Positions 55,192 through 64,000 of a DNA stretch of 64,000 nucleotides are shown piece by piece. The notes below the pieces were generated by a model. It was not told the DNA's origin. It made no database searches and saw only the letters and a program-made list of their open reading frames with translations. How positions within the stretch are numbered: the stretch's first letter is position 1; each line of letters opens with the position of its first letter. This DNA is from a virus (taxonomy: Duplodnaviria; Caudoviricetes), in the IMG/VR virus record IMGVR_UViG_2684623237_000002, positions 1 to 64,000 of that record; one strand, given 5' to 3'. The position numbers and the translations under genes are program-made.

Positions 55192-55803
55192 ATGGCGGCA
55201 CTTGCCATCAATTATCAGCCTATGACCACGATCCTGCTCTATGGCCAGCTCCGGCAGTTTGGTCGGTCCTTCCGGATGGCAGTGAGGACACCGGCCGAGG
55301 CCGTCAAGGCCCTGTGTGTGCAAATACCGGGTTTCGAGCGCTTCCTGTCCAATGCCAAATCCCGGGGTATCGAGTTCGCCGTATTTCGCGGGGCTACGAA
55401 CCTGGCAGAAAAGGAACTGGGGTTTGTCGGCGAAGGGGATATCCGAATTGCACCTGTCATCACTGGCAGCAAACGCGCAGGGGCACTCCAAACCATCATC
55501 GGGGCTGTGCTGATCGTTGTCGGCGCGGTGATTACCGGAGGCACCTTCGGCGCAGGCGCTCCGTTTGGTTCGGCCTTGATCATGATGGGGGGATCGATGG
55601 TGCTGGGTGGCGTAATTCAAATGCTCAGCCCCCAGGCCGGCGGACTTAAGACCAGCGCTGCGCCGGAGAACACACCCGGCTACGCCTTCGGCAGCGCCAA
55701 GAACACAACGGCCTCCGGCAATTCTGTGTCGCTGTGTGCAGGCCGCCGGCGCTGGGGTGGCGCGATCATCAGTGCCGCCATTTACGCCGAAGATCAAATG
55801 TAG
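55192..55803 (+). CDS. Tail assembly protein I
   Basis: EAVKALC, IRIAPVITGSK, GGAIISA. Confidence 0.9.
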   Translation: MAALAINYQPMTTILLYGQLRQFGRSFRMAVRTPAEAVKALCVQIPGFERFLSNAKSRGIEFAVFRGATNLAEKELGFVGEGDIRIAPVITGSKRAGALQTIIGAVLIVVGAVITGGTFGAGAPFGSALIMMGGSMVLGGVIQMLSPQAGGLKTSAAPENTPGYAFGSAKNTTASGNSVSLCAGRRRWGGAIISAAIYAEDQM

Positions 55804-55862
55804 CCAACACCTGAAGCACCGCAGCCGCCCATGAGGCGGTTTTTTATTGCCTGGAGAAAAGC

Positions 55863-58800
55863 ATGGGCGCAGCACGCAAGATTGATATCCACGGCGCCAA
55901 GGGCGGCGAAGAAAAGCCAAAAACGCCAACGGAAGCCCCGGACAGTCTGCGCTCGGTGGCCATAGCCAAAATGCTGATCGCTATCGGTGAGGGTGAATTC
56001 GAAGGCACGCCTACGGCGCGTGACATTTATCTCGACAACACCCCGCTGCAAGACCCTCAGGGCAACATGAACTTCCCGAACGTGAAGTGGGAATGGCGCA
56101 CCGGTGCGGTGGATCAGACCTATATCCAGGGGATTCCATCGGTCGAGAACGAGACCACGATTGGCACCGAGTTGCGTAGCGGCACGCCATGGGTCAAGTC
56201 CATCAACAACATCCAGCTTTCTGCTGTGCGCGTGCGCTTTTCTTGGCCGGCCCTCCAGTCAGTGGATGCCGGCGGCAACATCAACGGGTACCGGATTGAG
56301 TACAAGGTTGAACTGGCAACCGACGGCGGCGCCTACCAGCAGGTGCTGAGCGAAGCTGTCGATGGTAAGACCACCACCGTGTACGAGCGCACCCGCCGTA
56401 TTGACCTTCCCAAGGCAGTGTCCGGCTGGCTTTTGCGTATTACCCGGATCACGCTGAACCAGAACAACAACAAAATCTCAGACACGATGCAGATCGCCGG
56501 CTTCACTGAGGTGATCGACGCGAAGCTGCGGTATCCAAACACCGCGTTGTTGTACATCGAATTTTCCGCTGAGCAGTTCCGCAGTATCCCGGCAGTCACC
56601 ATTGATTGCGACGGCCGCAAGTGGCAGGTGCCGAGCAATTACGACCCTCGATCGCGCAGCTACTCTGGCATTTGGGATGGCACATTCAAGGAGGCATGGA
56701 CCGACAACCCTGTCTGGCATACCTATGGCCTCACCACGAACGACCGCTTCGGCCTCGGCCGCCGTATCAAGCCGTGGATGGTCGATAAGTGGGAGCTGTA
56801 CCGCATCTCGCAGTATTGCGACCAACTGGTACCGGATGGGAAGGGCGGCATGGAGCCGCGCTTCATCTGCAACCTGAACCTCCAGAGCAAGGCTGATGCC
56901 TGGTCCTTGCTGCGTGACATCTCGGCGATATACAGGGGCATGACCTACTGGGCGCAGGGCCAGGTGTTTACCCTGTCGGATATGCCGCGGGCCACTGACT
57001 TCGATTTCGCCTATACCCGGGCGAACGTCATCGATGGCAAGTTCACCTATTCGAGCGCATCGGAGCGCACTCGCTACAGCCGGGCGCTGGTCAGCTACGA
57101 CAACCCGCTGAACAACTACGACACCGACGTCACGGCCGTGACCGACCAGAAGCTGCAGCGGCGCTACGGCGACAACCCGCTGGAGATCAGCGCCATCGGC
57201 TGCACGCGTGAGTCGGAGGCCCAGCGCCGCGGCAAGTGGGCCTTGCTCACCAACTCCAAGGACCGGGCGGTAACGTTCCGTGTCGGCCTGGACGGCCGCA
57301 TCCCGCTGCCTGGCTACGTAATTCCGATCGCGGACGAGCTGCTGGCTGGCCGGCCCGTGGGCGGGCGTATCTCATCGGTGAACGGCAAGGTCATTACCCT
57401 AGACCGCGACACCCAGGCAAAGCCCGGCGACCGGCTGATCCTCAACCTGCCCGACGGCAAGTGCGAGGGGCGCACCGTGCAACTGGTCAGTGGTCGCCAG
57501 GTCACGGTCACCACGGCGTACTCCGTGGCGCCTGAGAGAGAACTGGTGTGGGCGCTCGACGCTGACGACCTGGCCATCCCGCTGTACCGGGTTACCAGCG
57601 TTTCCCGGCCAGAGCCTGGCGTGTTCGAAATCTCGGCTGTGCAGTACGACCCGAGCAAGTTTGCGCACATCGACACCGGCGCTCGGCTGGAAGAACGGCC
57701 GATCAGCGTTATCCCGATCACCGTAGTTCCAGCACCGGCCAGCGTCACGCTGACGTCGAGCTACGCCGTGAATCAGGGCATTGCCATCAGCACCATGAAC
57801 GTCTCGTGGCCAGCCGTGAACGGTGCGATCGCCTACGACGTGGAGTGGCGCAAGGACAGCGGCAACTGGATCAAGGTGCAGCGCACCGGCTCGACGAGCG
57901 TCGATGTCACTGGCATCCACTCGGGCGCCTACTTGGCCCGGGTCCGCTCGGTCAGCGCTTTCGAGATCTCGTCGATCTGGAAAAGCTCGATCCTGACCAA
58001 CCTGGAAGGGAAGGTCGGGCTTCCGCCGGCGGTGTCGTCCCTGACCACCACCAGCCTGGTTTATGGCATTGGCATTCAGTGGGGATTCCCGCCGGGCGCC
58101 GAGGACACCCAGCGCACGGAGGTGTGGTACAGCCAGTCGGCGGATCTGTCGACTGCGGTCAAGCTGAGCGACTTCAGCTATCCGCAGGCCGCGCACGAAA
58201 TGCACAGCCTGCTCGCCGGTGCGAGCCTCTTCTTCTGGGCGCGCCTGGTTGACCGGACTGGTAACGTTGGTCCGTTCTTCCCGGTGCCCGGCGCAGTCAA
58301 CGGCCAGGCCAGCAGCAAGCAGAGCGATTATGAGGCGTACTACGCTGAGAAGATCGGCAAGGGCGCCCTGTACCAGAGCCTGCGCGAAGAGATCGAGCTG
58401 ATTACAGGCGATGGTCCAGGGTCGGTAAATGAACGGCTTGATGAAGCCAAGCAAGAGTTGGAGGATTTGATCAAGCAGGTCAGCGATGCGCTCGCCTACG
58501 ATCCTGCAAAGCCCTATCTGAAGGGCGACATCGTCCGACTGGATCAGCGTCTCTACCAAGCGAAAGGCCCGGTGCCGGTTGGGGCGGCGCCCCCAGACGC
58601 CGATTACTGGATCGATATCGGTACCATCCTGGAGACCACCGACGCACTGGCGTCTCAAGTCCAGATCATCGAAACCAAGATCGAAGAGATCGACGGCAAG
58701 GTGTTGGCCACCGCAACCTCGGTGGAAGCGCTGCGCTCTGCTGCGCGTGGCGATGACGGCGCCGGCGACCTGGCCGATGCAATCAAAGGATGGACGTCCA

Positions 58801-59732
58801 CGGCAGATCTTGCTGTCGAACGCAAAACGCGAGCGGGCGAGAATGACGCAATGGCTCAGCAGCTGCTCACCCTGGGTGCCCAGGTAGGCGATAACAAGTC
58901 GTCGCTGAGCGTTCTGGAACAGGTGGTAGCCAGCAACCGTGAGACCTCCGCAGCGCAGATCACCAAACTGAACAGCGATCTGTCTGCGGTCGATCAAAAG
59001 GCGAACGGCAATGCCCAGGCGCTCACCAACCTCGATACGAAGGTCATCAATCTTGACGGGAAGATCACCTCTCAGGCTTCGAGTAATGAGGCGCTCCGAG
59101 CTTCCGTTCGTGGTGACGACGGCTCTGGCGACCTGGCTGGGGCGATCAAAGCATGGGAATCAACCGCAGCCATCAGCACAGAGAAGAAAGTGCGAGCATC
59201 TGAAATCGAGGCCCAGGCTAAGGTTTCGGAAACGCTGCAGTCGAGCATCGGACAGACAAGCGCGTCGGTTCAAACGGTGAGCGAGACAGTAGTTCGGCTC
59301 GACGGCAAGGTGTCGGCACAGACCACCATGAAGGCACAGACCATCGTAGATGGAAGGAAGGTTGTTTCGGGTTTGGCCTTTGGCTCGAATGGCGAACAGT
59401 CGGAGTTCCTGATCTTCGCTCAGCGGTTCGCCATCGTGAACGAGGTCAGCGGCAAGGTTGACCCGATGTTCGTCATCGAGAACGGCCAGGCAGTCTTCAA
59501 CACAGCGATCATCAGCAGGGCGATCATCCAGGAAATCGTTCTGGGGATGGTGCTTCGGTCGCCGGCGGTTGATTCGAAAGGCCGGCCTTTGCTGGAAATT
59601 AACATCCCGGCGGGCACTTTCACTCTTCGTAGTTCCGGTACGGGCGGCTCGGCCCTGCTCAACAACGACGGGCTCACTGTGTTTGATGCCCAAGATATTG
59701 ATCGCGTAACCGTTGGGAGGCTTTCGTCATGA
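55863..59732 (+). CDS. Central tail fibre/host-specificity protein J
   Basis: GAKGG, WTDNPVW, FN3-like domains, coiled coil, C-terminal FAIVN..PMFVIENGQ. Confidence 0.93.
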   Translation: MGAARKIDIHGAKGGEEKPKTPTEAPDSLRSVAIAKMLIAIGEGEFEGTPTARDIYLDNTPLQDPQGNMNFPNVKWEWRTGAVDQTYIQGIPSVENETTIGTELRSGTPWVKSINNIQLSAVRVRFSWPALQSVDAGGNINGYRIEYKVELATDGGAYQQVLSEAVDGKTTTVYERTRRIDLPKAVSGWLLRITRITLNQNNNKISDTMQIAGFTEVIDAKLRYPNTALLYIEFSAEQFRSIPAVTIDCDGRKWQVPSNYDPRSRSYSGIWDGTFKEAWTDNPVWHTYGLTTNDRFGLGRRIKPWMVDKWELYRISQYCDQLVPDGKGGMEPRFICNLNLQSKADAWSLLRDISAIYRGMTYWAQGQVFTLSDMPRATDFDFAYTRANVIDGKFTYSSASERTRYSRALVSYDNPLNNYDTDVTAVTDQKLQRRYGDNPLEISAIGCTRESEAQRRGKWALLTNSKDRAVTFRVGLDGRIPLPGYVIPIADELLAGRPVGGRISSVNGKVITLDRDTQAKPGDRLILNLPDGKCEGRTVQLVSGRQVTVTTAYSVAPERELVWALDADDLAIPLYRVTSVSRPEPGVFEISAVQYDPSKFAHIDTGARLEERPISVIPITVVPAPASVTLTSSYAVNQGIAISTMNVSWPAVNGAIAYDVEWRKDSGNWIKVQRTGSTSVDVTGIHSGAYLARVRSVSAFEISSIWKSSILTNLEGKVGLPPAVSSLTTTSLVYGIGIQWGFPPGAEDTQRTEVWYSQSADLSTAVKLSDFSYPQAAHEMHSLLAGASLFFWARLVDRTGNVGPFFPVPGAVNGQASSKQSDYEAYYAEKIGKGALYQSLREEIELITGDGPGSVNERLDEAKQELEDLIKQVSDALAYDPAKPYLKGDIVRLDQRLYQAKGPVPVGAAPPDADYWIDIGTILETTDALASQVQIIETKIEEIDGKVLATATSVEALRSAARGDDGAGDLADAIKGWTSTADLAVERKTRAGENDAMAQQLLTLGAQVGDNKSSLSVLEQVVASNRETSAAQITKLNSDLSAVDQKANGNAQALTNLDTKVINLDGKITSQASSNEALRASVRGDDGSGDLAGAIKAWESTAAISTEKKVRASEIEAQAKVSETLQSSIGQTSASVQTVSETVVRLDGKVSAQTTMKAQTIVDGRKVVSGLAFGSNGEQSEFLIFAQRFAIVNEVSGKVDPMFVIENGQAVFNTAIISRAIIQEIVLGMVLRSPAVDSKGRPLLEINIPAGTFTLRSSGTGGSALLNNDGLTVFDAQDIDRVTVGRLSS

Positions 59733-60061
59733 CTTATGGTATGCGAACAAAGGGGGGGGATGGAGCGGTCCAGCTTGATGAAAACTCCTTTACCTGTCGA
59801 GTCGTCTACAGCGCAGTTGTTAATCCTGCTACTGCGCCGAATGGGTCTTACTTTGATATACCAGTCGTCGGAGTAACTACGGCCAACGCTGCTGCATTTT
59901 GCATACCTGCCGGGCCCATTAATTTCAGCTCTGATAAGCAGCTAGAGCCCGAGATTATAAATGGTGCAGCAAGAGTTTGGCGGGTTATGAAAGGGTATTC
60001 CTACCCTAATAGCTGGTCCAGCCAAACAGCTATGATCCTTATCGTAGTGAGGTTTAAGTAA
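59729..60061 (+). CDS. Tail-tip associated protein
   Basis: MTYGMRT..G; overlaps the J stop. Confidence 0.7.
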   Translation: MTYGMRTKGGDGAVQLDENSFTCRVVYSAVVNPATAPNGSYFDIPVVGVTTANAAAFCIPAGPINFSSDKQLEPEIINGAARVWRVMKGYSYPNSWSSQTAMILIVVRFK

Positions 60062-60751
60062 GTGGCGGAATCTTATGGTTTGACGTTTCAGAACTCAGTG
60101 GATAATAGAGTTATTATTGATTCTGAGTTTACGAGGCTTTCTGTTATATGCAAAGGAAGGTATGTTAACAATTCGGGTCTTTATGCAATCACATCTTTTC
60201 CGTTCGCAATAAAGTCGCAGTGGCCTCCGTTTGTGTTCATACGTCCTGACCCGGCTGCTGGGCAGATAGGTATGACACAAGCTGAAGTGCTAGGAAGCTC
60301 AGGCGCGTGGACTGGATTCAGAATTAGGGCTTATGATAACTCCAGTGTTCGACCTAACGGCAGTTACTTTGTTGCGGGCTTCGGTGCTGAGATTTTAAGT
60401 GACTATGGAATGCGGCTTAAAGACGGAGACAGGAAAGTACTTTTTGATACGGGCACGCCAACTGCTTTGTTTGCTAACTATAACTCGACATGGACGTACT
60501 CGGGGCAAGGTACAACGCCTCAGGGACAAAGCATCGCCTATTTTACCGCGCCGTTCGTGATGAGCAATAAAGAGTACATATTGATAAATACTCTGAGTAT
60601 GCCGGTTATCCGTTCATTGCAACAGCAAAGCGATCTGCAAATGATATGGGATTATCCTAATAACAGAATGATTGCGGCTGTTATTTATATCAATGGATAT
60701 AACACTAACTCGCTGGGTATTTCCACGATGACAGCAAAGCTCGTTGTGTGA
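60062..60751 (+). CDS. Tail-tip associated protein
   Basis: YGL/YGM repeats; low GC. Confidence 0.7.
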   Translation: MAESYGLTFQNSVDNRVIIDSEFTRLSVICKGRYVNNSGLYAITSFPFAIKSQWPPFVFIRPDPAAGQIGMTQAEVLGSSGAWTGFRIRAYDNSSVRPNGSYFVAGFGAEILSDYGMRLKDGDRKVLFDTGTPTALFANYNSTWTYSGQGTTPQGQSIAYFTAPFVMSNKEYILINTLSMPVIRSLQQQSDLQMIWDYPNNRMIAAVIYINGYNTNSLGISTMTAKLVV

Positions 60752-60804
60752 TGTGGTTTTTAAGTCTATTGCACCTATTTTAAATTATTAGTTCGGAGTA
60801 AGTC

Positions 60805-61545
60805 ATGGCTTCTTGGTTCGCAGAAGGAACCGTAACAGTCACCAACGGGAATACCGTGGTGGCTGGTGTGGGTACGAAGTTTTCAAATTGCCGATCTGGT
60901 GACATGTTCGTCGGGCCTGACAACGGCATTTATCAAGTGATCAATCCGTCGAGTGATACCTCCGTTTCAATCTCGCCGGCCTACCGCGGTACTACTGTCG
61001 CTGGTGCTGCTTACGGCATCGTGCCGGTTAACGGCTACCCAAAGGCACTGGCTGATGCAGTGAACCTCATGGTTCAGCAGTGGGGCGCAACCCTTGCTGG
61101 CCTGGGCCCTGTCGCAAGCATGACGATAGTGCCCGTTGCCAACGGAGGTACGGCCGCCAATTCGGCGGCGGGTGCCCGGGCAAATCTTGGGCTCGGTAGT
61201 GCGGCCGTAAAAAACATCGGCAGTGCCGCCGGCAATCTTCAGGACGTGAATTCACCTCCTGCGATGGTTGGCAACTCTGCATTCGCTGAACCGGGCAGCC
61301 ACTTCATCAGCTACGGCGACAACACCACAAACGTACCGGCCGGCGGCGCTTACTGGGCAGGTCTGCGCGCTCAATACCCATTCCAGAACTGCGGCATGGA
61401 TCTTGTAGCCCAAGTTGTCACCGGCGGCAGCATGAACCTGATGTTTCGAACCATCGCAGGCAGCGGTGCGCCAGACGCGTGGCGGAAGATCTACCACGAT
61501 GGCAACACAACCCGTGCCGCTGACGGCACCTTGAAGGCGATCTGA
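60805..61545 (+). CDS. Tail fibre protein
   Basis: GTVTVTNG, PVANGGT..ARANLGLG, WRKIYH. Confidence 0.8.
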   Translation: MASWFAEGTVTVTNGNTVVAGVGTKFSNCRSGDMFVGPDNGIYQVINPSSDTSVSISPAYRGTTVAGAAYGIVPVNGYPKALADAVNLMVQQWGATLAGLGPVASMTIVPVANGGTAANSAAGARANLGLGSAAVKNIGSAAGNLQDVNSPPAMVGNSAFAEPGSHFISYGDNTTNVPAGGAYWAGLRAQYPFQNCGMDLVAQVVTGGSMNLMFRTIAGSGAPDAWRKIYHDGNTTRAADGTLKAI

Positions 61546-61547
61546 CC

Positions 61548-61898
61548 ATGGCAAGAGCAGCAATTAACGTTCTCGGCGCAACCGGTGCGACGTACGACTT
61601 CGTCACCCAGGGCGCCACCGCTGTCACTTCGGCGCGACTTTCGAAGGGGCTATACCAAATTACAGGGTGCCTTGGCATGGTCCCGTTCCCACCTATCGAC
61701 GACGGATGGGGTTACACGGTGAACCAGGTGGACGGTCGGGCTGACGTGGAGACGGACTTCGCGGACGGCCTCCTGACCGTGACGGTGACCAAGGACGGCC
61801 AGCCGTACGACCTGAAGCACATGATCACCCTGCACATTCTGGTACCGGACTCGCCGGCCGTAGATGTACCGACGCCCGCGCAGACCGCTGAGGCCTGA
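61548..61898 (+). CDS. Tail fibre-associated protein
   Basis: Directly follows the fibre gene. Confidence 0.65.
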   Translation: MARAAINVLGATGATYDFVTQGATAVTSARLSKGLYQITGCLGMVPFPPIDDGWGYTVNQVDGRADVETDFADGLLTVTVTKDGQPYDLKHMITLHILVPDSPAVDVPTPAQTAEA

Positions 61899-61980
61899 TC
61901 GCTGACCAAACATCGATGCCCGCCTTGAGCGGGTTTTTTATTGCCTGGGAAAATCTCGGCTAGTTCGGCTCTAATAAAGG

Positions 61981-62190
61981 TCAGCTTCCACTAGGTTTCA
62001 GATCGATTTTCTCTGATGGTTTTTTCGAGCTAGAGGATGGTGTGGAATTGCAGCCAGGCTGATTGGCTGGCTCGGCATCGCAGCTGATTTGGAAGCCTCC
62101 AACCCTCATGTCAGTAGTGTTGTGTCCGGTGCTGTACGACGAACAAGCGCCGAGAGTTGCAGAAACTATAAGGATCGCTAGGTATTTCAT
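61981..62190 (-). CDS. Small lipoprotein (cargo)
   Basis: Lipobox LGAC; lies between terminators. Confidence 0.6.
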   Translation of the reverse strand: MKYLAILIVSATLGACSSYSTGHNTTDMRVGGFQISCDAEPANQPGCNSTPSSSSKKPSEKIDLKPSGS

Positions 62191-62285
62191 CTGGGGTCCA
62201 TTCCTGTTCACTCCGATAATCCCCCGAGTATATCGAAAGTGCCTCGCCCGCCAAGATGCGGGCTTTTTTTCACCTGGAGAAAACT

Positions 62286-62819
62286 ATGCCGATCACTGAG
62301 CAGCAGCTGCTGCAGATCCTCCCGAACGCCGGCCGCCAAGCCGGCGTTTTTGTTCCTGTGCTGAATGTGGCCATGGCTAAGTACGGAATCGTCACGCGAC
62401 TGCGCATCGCCGCATTCATCGCCCAGGTCGGGCATGAGTCCGGCCAACTGCGCTACGTGCGCGAGATCTGGGGGCCCACGGTGCAGCAGCTCACGTACGA
62501 AGGTCGTGCCGATCTGGGCAACACCATCAAGGGTGACGGCTCGAATTACCGTGGGCGTGGACTGATCCAGATAACCGGCCGAGCCAACAATGCTGCATGC
62601 GGTGAAGCCCTGGGCCTGGATCTGATCAACAATCCGGACCTGCTCGAGCTGCCCCAGCACGCGGCGATGTCGGCGGCCTGGTTCTGGTCTACCAAGGGGC
62701 TCAACACGCTGGCGGATCAGGGTGAGTTCACGAAGATCACGCGGCGCATCAATGGCGGGCTCACAGGCCAGGTCGATCGCCAGGCGCTATACGACAAGGC
62801 GCTTAAGGTGCTGGCATGA
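62286..62819 (+). CDS. GH19 endolysin
   Basis: AQVGHESG, YRGRGLIQITG, ITRRINGG. Confidence 0.93.
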   Translation: MPITEQQLLQILPNAGRQAGVFVPVLNVAMAKYGIVTRLRIAAFIAQVGHESGQLRYVREIWGPTVQQLTYEGRADLGNTIKGDGSNYRGRGLIQITGRANNAACGEALGLDLINNPDLLELPQHAAMSAAWFWSTKGLNTLADQGEFTKITRRINGGLTGQVDRQALYDKALKVLA

Positions 62820-63322
62820 CGCAGGTGCAGAAGCTGGTGCTCATCCTGCTGGCGATGGCCGTGAGCTTCGGCGCTGCCTGGCAGGTGCAGGACTGGCGGT
62901 ACGACGGGAAGCTGGCAAAACAGGCGGGGCAGTTCCAGACGGACCTCAACGCGATCGGCAATGCTGCAGCCGCCCAGGCGCGCGCCGAGCAAGACAAGCG
63001 CCTGGCCACCGAGCAGCAACTGGCCGCCGCCGACCAACAACACTCCAAGGAATTATCCGATGCCCAGCGCAACCAGGCTCTGCTGCGTGACCGCCTTGCT
63101 ACTGCTGATGTGCGGCTGTCAGTCCTTCTCGACGCCACGGATTCAGCCAGTGGCTGCGACGTGCCTGCCGCCCCCGGCGCCGTCGGCGTGGTTCATGCAA
63201 CCCGTCGAGCCCAGCTTGACCCAGCGCATGCTCAACGAATTATCAGCATCACCGACGCCGGCGACCAAGGATTGATCGCGCTGCGGGCGTGCCAGGCTTA
63301 CGTCAGGACTATTTCTCGCTGA
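62816..63322 (+). CDS. Rz i-spanin
   Basis: N-terminal TM, coiled coil, LRACQAYV. Confidence 0.88.
   Translation: MTQVQKLVLILLAMAVSFGAAWQVQDWRYDGKLAKQAGQFQTDLNAIGNAAAAQARAEQDKRLATEQQLAAADQQHSKELSDAQRNQALLRDRLATADVRLSVLLDATDSASGCDVPAAPGAVGVVHATRRAQLDPAHAQRIISITDAGDQGLIALRACQAYVRTISR
63060..63275 (+). CDS. Rz1 o-spanin nested in Rz
   Basis: Lipobox MCGC; Pro-rich CLPPPAPSAW; +1 frame. Confidence 0.75.
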   Translation: MPSATRLCCVTALLLLMCGCQSFSTPRIQPVAATCLPPPAPSAWFMQPVEPSLTQRMLNELSASPTPATKD

Positions 63323-63995
63323 TCGGCTGGATCAGCTCCGGCCCCTTGTTCCGCACATTTCCCACGGCAGTGTCGACCTTGAACCATTCGAAGGCGTCGG
63401 CAGGCTCGCCCTGGTGCAGCCCCATCTGTTCGGCGCGCTCCTTGGGCGTGGCCGGGTCCAACCATTCCCGGGCCAGGTCCGGCGTCAGTACCACGGGCCG
63501 CCGGTCGTGAATGTCCACCATGCCGCCAGCGCTGTCGGCGGTGATGATCACGAATCCATCATGCTCGCCCGGTCCTTCATCGCTGTCAGGCAGTTGGCCA
63601 ATGGCTGCGCACAGCACGGGCGCGCCATCCCGCCTGCGGATCAGGTAGGGCTGCTTCTTCGGCCCGCCTTCGTCGACCCACTCAAACCAGTTGTCGACGG
63701 GCGTGATTGCCCGGTGCGGCCAGATTGCGCGGAAGAACGGGCCGTGAGCCACCTTCTCGACGCGGGCATTAATCGGCGCGGCGCGGTCCTTGGCCCAGTG
63801 CGGCCGCCATCCCCAGCGCACCAGGTCGGCGTGCAGCAGGTCTCCTTGCTGGTGGAGCAGGGCGACTTGCGTTGTTGGTGCGACGTTGTACCGCTCCAGG
63901 GGCAACTCACCCACGGAGTTCGCCAGGGCATTGGGCATGCTCAGCGCTGCAACGAAGTCGTGAATGCCGCTGTACTGGGAAAGTCTTCCGCACAT
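63309..63995 (-). CDS. SRAP/HMCES SOS-response-associated peptidase
   Basis: MCGR N-terminus, YNVAPT, INARVE, IHDRRP. Confidence 0.93.
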   Translation of the reverse strand: MCGRLSQYSGIHDFVAALSMPNALANSVGELPLERYNVAPTTQVALLHQQGDLLHADLVRWGWRPHWAKDRAAPINARVEKVAHGPFFRAIWPHRAITPVDNWFEWVDEGGPKKQPYLIRRRDGAPVLCAAIGQLPDSDEGPGEHDGFVIITADSAGGMVDIHDRRPVVLTPDLAREWLDPATPKERAEQMGLHQGEPADAFEWFKVDTAVGNVRNKGPELIQPISEK

Positions 63996-64000
63996 AGTCG

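Larger units (their letters stand above)
6140..64000. mobile_element. Lambdoid siphovirus prophage integrated at tRNA-Leu; left boundary approximate, right end probably outside the window
   Basis: Integrase next to the tRNA 3' end; order int-xis-early-cI/cro-replication-Q-head-tail-lysis. Confidence 0.95.

Noticed and set aside
59729-61898. Diversity-generating retroelement or invertible tail-fibre system
   Set aside because: I saw no reverse transcriptase, invertase or template/variable repeat pair.
33044-62819. Holin separated from endolysin and spanins as a novelty
   Set aside because: Split lysis cassettes are common in Pseudomonas prophages and tailocins.
63300-64000. attR copy of the tRNA 3' end
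   Set aside because: I saw no second copy; the window ends at the SRAP gene start, so prophage completeness cannot be confirmed.

Overview
This window is Pseudomonas-type chromosomal DNA. Bases 1-6.2 kb are host or island genes: two XRE regulators, a three-gene coiled-coil operon, a LysE transporter and tRNA-Leu(UAA). The rest is a largely complete lambdoid siphovirus prophage integrated at the tRNA 3' end; its right attachment site was not seen in the window. The prophage has integration, early-left (C5 methyltransferase, exonuclease/RecT), immunity (cI/cro with OL/OR operators), replication (iterons), Nin/Q, head, tail and lysis modules plus many cargo genes. The most striking observation is in the terminase large subunit. 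A 336-aa intein splits its Walker A motif, and the intein's own frame has no recognisable endonuclease. An intact HTH-HTH-HNH endonuclease gene is instead encoded on the opposite strand, entirely inside the intein. Other notable items are a duplicated SD-sequestering RNA element linking a Com-like Zn-finger regulator to a lectin-like bacteriocin and a second gene, a GHKL-ATPase/STAS/membrane-protein operon in the rexAB position, a fluoride riboswitch with a Fluc channel, a YciB-like gene, and repeat-bounded cargo cassettes. All family calls come from motifs and gene order read by eye; no database search was run.
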